Assembly: GCF_006345805.1 (NCBI RefSeq)
Contig: NW_021826354.1
Location: forward strand, 1 to 13,281
Reading direction: 5' to 3'
DNA length: 13,281 nucleotides
Source of the DNA: Octopus sinensis
Taxonomy: Eukaryota
A program made the translations under genes and the position numbers. The notes beneath the pieces were generated by a model. It was not told the origin of the DNA. It ran no database searches and saw nothing but the letters and a program-made list of their open reading frames with translations. Of the stretch, positions 7,855 to 13,281 are shown in pieces (positions within the stretch are counted from its first letter, which is position 1; every line of letters begins with the position of its first letter).

Positions 7855-8011
7855 TAACAATTGAGGATAAAATCTTTAAAAGAAATTATCAGTAGTCAGC
7901 GTGAAAAACCTCGTAAGAGAAAAAATCCGTAAATTTTTCTCTTACGAGGTTTTTCACGTTGACTACTGATAATTTCTTTTAAAGATTTTATCCTCAATTG
8001 TTAATTTATAT
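7847..8011. mobile_element. 165-bp palindrome: 78-bp arms, 1 mismatch, 9-nt loop (foldback or MITE-like)
   Basis: 7847-7924 pairs with 7934-8011. The single mismatch is G7899/T7959 and the loop is ATCCGTAAA. Confidence 0.9.
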
Positions 8012-8423
8012 TTTTCACCGGAATAGTTCAATACTGAATTTTTATTCCGACTAGACAATTTGTTACCGAAATGCATTGCGAATAAGCCCGCCATTTTCAT
8101 AGATATGTAAAGATAAACATTCGTACATGCTACGACGAATTCTACGGTTGGCTATCGAGCTTGTAATGTTATGTTTTCTCTTATTTTCTTGAGTTTGTTG
8201 CACTGATGAACATGAAATGCATATTCTGCATTAAATGCGAAATCACATGCGATATGTAACTGAATTCTTTTTTAAAATGATGTGTTTTGAAGTTTTGCAT
8301 TCGGTAAAATTTTGTTTATTTTTAGTAGTTTTGACCGCATTGGTCCCTCTTAGCGTGTTGGTATCTACGAATAGTAGTACCCTCAATATAATATAAATAA
8401 AATATATATATATATATATATTT

Positions 8424-8636
8424 GAGGCCATATACCTCCTTAACATAAGAGTACAAACCCTTGGCATCTTTTCTATCAGCTCCGTCTTGCGCCCCCACCC
8501 TTGTCCTGTCAATCCGCCATTGCTGTTTAATTTTCCTTAGAGCAGTTTGCACTTCCCTTGCAGCAGTCTCTAAGCTTCGTCTGAGTTGGAGTTCAAACAC
8601 TGAGAAAGAAGTGTATTGCCTAAGCTTTCTTTTTCT
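8424..8636 (-). mobile_element. RTE-type LINE ORF fragment, copy B
   Basis: Minus translation AAREVQTALRKIKQQWRID...AQDGADRKDAKGLYSYVKEVYG resembles the RTE/BovB linker (..VQ..LR....WW..KA.E.Q..AD..D.K.F....K.VYGP) between endonuclease and RT. Confidence 0.65.
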
Positions 8637-8685
8637 AAATCCCTGTGAGTGGATGTGGTAGACGGAAACTGAAAGAAGCTCGTCG
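8637..8685 (+). mobile_element. SINE family A core piece (third local duplicate)
   Basis: AAATCCCTGTGAGTGGATGTGGTAGACGGAAACTGAAAGAAGCTCGTCG. Confidence 0.8.
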
Positions 8686-8703
8686 TATATATACATATAT
8701 ATT

Positions 8704-8921
8704 TTGGGCCCTATACCTCCTTAACATAAGAATACAAACCCTTGGTATTTTTTCTATCAGCTCCGTCTTGTGCCCCCACCCTTGTCCTGTCAATCCGCCA
8801 TTGCTGTTCAATTTTCCTTAGAGCAGTCTGCACTTTCCTTGCAGCAGTCTCTAAGCTTCGTCTGAGTTGGAGTTCAAACACTGAGAAAGAAGTGTATTGC
8901 CTAAGTTTTCTTTTTCTAAAT
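8704..8921 (-). mobile_element. RTE-type LINE ORF fragment, copy C (tandem duplicate, period 281 bp)
   Basis: Near-identical to 8424-8640; translation ...KGLYSYVKEV*GPK. Confidence 0.65.
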
Positions 8922-8972
8922 GTAGATCGTGAATTTCTGGTGATTTATCTGAGAACCAGTCACTGGACTTAC

Positions 8973-9003
8973 GCGATTTAAATCTCACCGAAAAACTTGC
9001 AGC
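8973..9003 (-). CDS. Candidate 31-nt micro-exon (AASFSVRFKS)
   Basis: Acceptor GTATTTCAG|G and donor C|GTAAGT; only the phase-0 frame is open. Confidence 0.2.
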
Positions 9004-9317
9004 CTGAAATACTTTCATTTTGAAATCTTGTTGGCATCAAGAGTAATACATTCTATAGCATCGTGGTACCTTTGCAAGTTCTTTGGTAATTGAAAATTTG
9101 CAATATTTAGCTGTTTGAGTATCATAGGGTCAAGATCCACTTAGCCTGAAGCGTACCCTGCGGTATACACCTCACTTGGATATTTACTCGCTTTGAAACA
9201 TATGTAGCCCGGATATTATCTACTCAATTCCTTAACTTTTGAATTTTTATTCGCATACATGGCAAATCTGCCGGCTTTTCGTGTAATATATAACCTTTTT
9301 TTTTGTTTACAGCTTAC

Positions 9318-9375
9318 CATACTTCGATACGGAAAAAAATTCACAATCTTCCTTCTCAATAAATCTCCATTGTTC
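9318..9375 (-). CDS. Candidate 58-nt exon
   Basis: Acceptor CATTTCAG|G with a poor pyrimidine tract and donor ATG|GTAAGC; two frames are open. Confidence 0.2.
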
Positions 9376-9455
9376 CTGAAATGTATTTTTATATTTTCTA
9401 CGGTTTGTTTGAAGCTAACCTTCTTCCTACACTTCGATCCTTGGATCTTACACAC

Positions 9456-9498
<43 letters not shown>

Positions 9499-9504
9499 GT
9501 TTTT

Positions 9505-9759
9505 GGTTCGAGGTTTTCTGCTCATGATCGTCATGAGTTCGATCCCCACCGGTGCGTTGCAGCTATGCGCAAGACACTTTATTTCACGTTGCTCCAGCCG
9601 ACGCAGCTGACAAAAAAAAAATGAGCGGTATCTGTATTTCAAAGGACATACACGTTGAATCTCCTTGAAAACTACGTTAAGAGTACGCATTTCTGAGAAG
9701 TAATCAGTCACTAGCACATTAATTACACAATTGGAACCCTGGTCGTCGTAACTCGGAGT
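9505..9759 (+). mobile_element. Diverged tRNA-derived SINE sharing its 3' module with family C
   Basis: B box GAGTTCGATCCCC and GCAAGACACTTTATTTCACGTTGCTCCAG body. 9633-9759 aligns, with gaps, to the reverse complement of 4728-4907. Confidence 0.78.
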
Positions 9760-9767
9760 TCCAGTTT

Positions 9768-9848
9768 GCATTTGAACTCAGAAACTGGAAGCATAGAATA
9801 AATACTCAAATATTGCGGTGCATTAAGTCCGACGCTTTAACCAGTCTG
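9768..9848 (-). mobile_element. Highly diverged SINE family B head fragment
   Basis: Reverse complement GGTTAAAGCGTCGGAC..AATGC...TTCTGAGTTCAAAT resembles the head at 11750-11812. Confidence 0.5.
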
Positions 9849-10368
9849 TTTCTTTGCTACATTTTGCTTGTACCGAGGTATTTGATACAAGCCGAGTCTA
9901 CTAGAAGTAAGACACGTGGCAACGGTATGTTACAAAGGATTGTACTTCTTCGCCCGGAGATTTATCAAAGAGCCGGCAAATCAGAAAAGAACTAAGTTTG
10001 GCTCAAAAGAATTAAAAAAACAGCCGAGACCAACAAGTGCTTCCTTAAGAGGACGACACCGCCAATTTGAAAGAGTGGGTAGGGTAAAAATTCATGTGGG
10101 TGCAGAGACCAAAGGATCGAATGGTGGAAGAAGATACAGCTGTTCGGCTTTTAATCTGTCATGTATTTAGATTTAATATGACGTGTTCCTTTTTAACTAC
10201 AGTCACAAATTGGACAAAAGTACGACAATAACTCCGACAAAATCAGCAAAAAGTTACACTTCAAAGTATGAATAAGTATTTACAAAAACAGAAAAGGGTA
10301 TTTAGCGTCTCTCCATCTAAAGTTATAGAGGATGGACAAAAGAATCGTGCAAAAGACATTGTGAAAAC

Positions 10369-10550
10369 ATGTACAAATTTCCATACAGGTAAAAAAGGCA
10401 ACCACTGCACCTGTAGAGCTAGCGAACATTCTAATTTGCTCGTGTGTGTGTGTATACACACATACATATATATGCACATACATATACATACGTTCAGTAG
10501 CTCTACGGGTGTAGTGGGTACCTTTTTCACGTGTATGGAAATTTGCACAT
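10369..10550. mobile_element. MITE-like element: 59-bp inverted arms around a microsatellite-rich core
   Basis: 10369-10427 versus the reverse complement of 10492-10550: 50/59 identical, ungapped. Confidence 0.78.
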
Positions 10551-10636
10551 TGATATTTGGTGCATGAGAGAGTTTGATGCAGCTGCCCTCATCTGCACCT
10601 CCTGCCGTGAAGTTGGTTTATCTGGGACACCTGACA

Positions 10637-10698
<62 letters not shown>

Positions 10699-10705
10699 TA
10701 TATAT

Positions 10706-10877
10706 AAAGGGAAAGTTTACGAAAATAAACAAAAGACTAAGGCAGGTGGAGTACAAACAAACAGATGTATTAGTATAACGCTCAGGAATAGAAAAAGTCT
10801 TTTACGTTTCGAGCCTATGCTCTTCGACAGAAAGGGACACAGAAAAAAACAAGGAGAGAAACAAGGAGAGAAAAAAA
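10706..10877 (-). mobile_element. (TA)n-tailed short repeat, copy 3
   Basis: Reverse complement aligns to 2955-3123. The (TA)n tail lies at 10637-10705. Confidence 0.72.
10797..10838 (-). ncRNA. Minimal type I hammerhead-ribozyme-like motif (variant core), GUA site
   Basis: Minus strand GTC-CC-TTT CTGTCGA A GAGC-ATAG-GCTC GAAA CGT A AAA-GAC; this copy has the best-formed helix I. Confidence 0.55.
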
Positions 10878-10974
10878 TATATACATATATATATGCAGAC
10901 AAAAATGCACACACACACGCACACATAACACGTAAACGCATACACACATACACATATATATATGTACACACAGA

Positions 10975-11110
10975 CGACGGGCTTCTTTCAGTTTCACTCT
11001 CCAAATTCCACTCACAAGCCACTGATCAGCTCGGGGCTATATTGAAAGTCATTTGCCAAAGGAGCAGCGAAGTGGGAACGAACCCGAGACCACGTGTGTT
11101 GCAAAAGAAA
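10975..11110 (-). mobile_element. SINE family A head and core, diverged
   Basis: CGACGGGCTTCTTTCAGTTTC...CCACTCACAAG is the reverse complement of the family A core. Confidence 0.8.
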
Positions 11111-11507
11111 TAAAATCTCAGCAGATTGCCTCAACTCTAGTGATACTTGGCTGCTATTTCTAGTACACATTGGAGGCGTCCCTACGCTGCTGTTTCGTTT
11201 CTGCTTAATTACTGTCTCTCGCTACATCCCGAATAACACTTAAACTCTTTGAGTGGAGGGAGAGAATGTGAGTGTGGCTGTGAGGGCGGGAAATGAAGTG
11301 CTGCCTTGCAGCATTATTGTAGAGGGTTTGGGAGTAAGTGGGTGGGAATATTATAAAAGATGATCTGAAAGTAGCAAATAGGGGTTGGATGAGGGAACAG
11401 GCCCTTGAGGTTTTCTGAAGGGCCCCACTTTATTTATCTTATATATATTTATATATCTTTGCTCTTGTAGTTTTTGTTCAATGTCGAGAGTTGTGGTTTT
11501 TGTGGTA

Positions 11508-11540
<33 letters not shown>

Positions 11541-11695
11541 TAATATTATTATTATTATATTATTATTATTATTTATGGGTTTTTCTTCTTCTTTCAAATT
11601 TGCTTCCATTTCTTGCCGAGGGTCTTCCCGACTCCCTGGGCAAAGAAACTCATAGTATACATTGGTAGGCCATTAAACTTAAATCACTAGTTCGT

Positions 11696-11733
<38 letters not shown>

Positions 11734-11734
11734 T

Positions 11735-11930
11735 AAGGCGGTGAGATGGCAGAATCGTTAGCGCGAAATGTATAGCGGTATTTCGTCTGCCGCTACGTTC
11801 TGAGTTCAAATTCCGCCGAGGTAAACTTTGCCTTTCATCTTCTCGGGGTCGATAAATTAAGTACCAGTTACGCACTGGGGTCGATCTAATCGACTTAATC
11901 CATTCCCCCTCGTGCCTACAGTTGAAAGGA
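11735..11930 (+). mobile_element. SINE family B within an (ATT)n tract
   Basis: TGGCAGAATCGTTAGC head, GAGTTCAAATTCC B box and core domain; flanked by (ATT)n at 11699-11733 and 11930-11957. Confidence 0.87.
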
Positions 11931-11961
11931 TTATTATTATTATTATTATTATTATTGTTGT

Positions 11962-12083
11962 TTCAAATTTTGCCACAAGGCCAGCAATTTCAGGGAAGGA
12001 TATAAGTCGATTAGATCGACCTCAATACTCAACTGGTACTTATTTTGCCCAGTGTGCTAACGGTTCTGCCAGCTCAATATCTT
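11962..12083 (-). mobile_element. SINE family B with ~90-bp internal deletion
   Basis: On the minus strand, GAGCTGGCAGAACCGTTAGCACACTGGGCAAAAT is joined directly to AAGTACCAGTT...GGTCGATCTAATCGACT. Confidence 0.82.
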
Positions 12084-12084
12084 A

Positions 12085-12420
12085 AATAGTAATAATAATA
12101 ATAATAATAATAATGTGAAAATGAAGGAAAGAAGAATAAAACAAATTACTACTGAAGAAGGAGGAGGAGGAGGAAATGAGGAGAAGGAGAAGGAGGAGGA
12201 GAAGAAGAAGAAGACGAAGAAGGAGAAGAAGAATTAAAAGAAGAAGAATTAAAAGAAGAAGAAGACGAAGGAGGAGAAGAAGAGAAGAGAAAAGAAGAAG
12301 AAGAAGAAGAAGAAGCACAACAACAACAATGGTAAGAATGTTGAGGACAACGACGGAGATGATGAATATGAAGATGAAAATGATGATGATGTTGACGACT
12401 TTAAGAAGGACAAGAATAAG
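12085..12420. repeat. (AAT)n followed by (GAA/GGA)n purine tract and degenerate triplet repeats
   Basis: Direct reading of the sequence; explains the poly-R/L/S ORFs. Confidence 0.92.
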
Positions 12421-12602
12421 TAGAGCTAGTCGCAGATATCAGTGTAAACCAGAAAGAAAGCACAATCCAGTAACGACAAGTGTTGTGTGTGTGTGTGTGT
12501 GTGTGTTGTGTGTGTGTGTTTAAAGCCCTGGCGGCGGCCATTGGGCCAGAGATAGTCAGCTGTGTCACTTGTAGAGAGAGAAACGCCGAGTGTTTCACTT
12601 AC

Positions 12603-12650
12603 ACTGTTAACGGTTTTATCGCCTGCAGACAGCCTCATCTTGGACGCCAT
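12603..12650 (-). CDS. Candidate first exon, coding or uORF (MASKMRLSAGDKTVNS)
   Basis: CAAAATGGCG (strong start context, also a YY1-type motif) and donor |GTAAGT at 12602-12597, in non-repetitive CpG-containing sequence. Confidence 0.2.
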
Positions 12651-12709
12651 TTTGAGAAACTTTTGTTCTTCTCCTATCGTTGTTCGTTTCTGGTTTTTAC
12701 CGTTTGCTT

Positions 12710-12713
12710 CCAT

Positions 12714-12753
<40 letters not shown>

Positions 12754-12901
12754 TATATGTGTGTGTGTGTGGTGTGTGTGTGTGTGTGTGTGTATGGTGT
12801 GTATTTTATTCATTTTTTGTGTGTATTTTTCAAAGAAGCAGACGATAGCAAAGAGGACCTGTAAACACTTTCAAAATAATAGGTGATAATAATAACGGTA
12901 T

Positions 12902-12950
<49 letters not shown>

Positions 12951-13065
12951 GGTGAAGTGGTGGTGCAGTCGGTGGCGGTGAGGGGAGTAAGAGGAGAAGT
13001 AGGGTATCAACGAAGCCTCCGCCAAAAGCAAAATGAACGAAAATGAACGTAATTATAAGTATTAC

Positions 13066-13100
<35 letters not shown>

Positions 13101-13281
13101 GGAGTGTATAAACATACATGAGAATAACAAACATACATGCAATACCTGTGTGTTAGTGTGTACGTATGTGTTATTTGGTTTGTGTATGTATTGTTGTATA
13201 TGTATATATATTTTATATCTATATATATATATTATACCAAGCATCTATTATATACAATATATATCGTGGCATCTATTATAT
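12710..13281. repeat. Microsatellite cluster: (TA)n, (TG)n, (AGT)n, (GGT)n
   Basis: Direct reading of the sequence. Confidence 0.85.

Noticed and set aside
8203-8220. CTGATGA...GAAA resembling a canonical hammerhead core
   Set aside because: Only 4 nt lie between the core halves, so no stem II can form, and there is no helix III or cleavage triplet.
7567-8921. Repeated ~50-bp unit separated by longer sequence (superficially CRISPR-like)
   Set aside because: The intervening pieces are copies of each other, the repeat is a SINE fragment, the context is eukaryotic and there are no cas genes.
9850-10170. Moderately GC-rich stretch that might be a decayed LINE or transposase
   Set aside because: No motif could be recognised in any frame; a BLASTx search would be needed.
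10574-11113. Longest ORF in the track (179 aa)
   Set aside because: It runs across (TA)n, the antisense hammerhead repeat and an antisense SINE, so it is a chance read-through.
11400-11424. Small hairpin GGCCCTT...AAGGGCC as a Helitron 3' signal or terminator
   Set aside because: No CTRR end follows, intrinsic terminators are not relevant here, and a 7-bp stem is expected by chance.
12082-12523. Poly-Arg and poly-Leu ORFs
   Set aside because: They are translations of the GAA/GGA microsatellite.

Overview
Non-coding, very repeat-rich eukaryotic DNA. The SINE families I recognise point to an octopus or other coleoid cephalopod genome (inference). No intact protein-coding gene is evident, and nearly all ORFs in the supplied track are microsatellite artefacts. 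The window holds about a dozen tRNA-derived SINE copies or fragments from 3-4 families, a 5'-truncated CR1/L2-type LINE inserted into a ~205-210 bp degenerate satellite, and three locally amplified antisense RTE-type LINE fragments fused to a SINE piece. It also holds four long palindromic or MITE-like elements, several small tandem duplications and many microsatellites. The most interesting signal is a ~170-195 bp (TA)n-tailed repeat present three times. It carries a minimal type I hammerhead-ribozyme-like motif with a non-canonical core (CUG-U-Y-GA-A, GAAA-CGU-H). A chain of phase-compatible minus-strand micro-exon candidates suggests, weakly, that the window is intronic sequence of a host gene.
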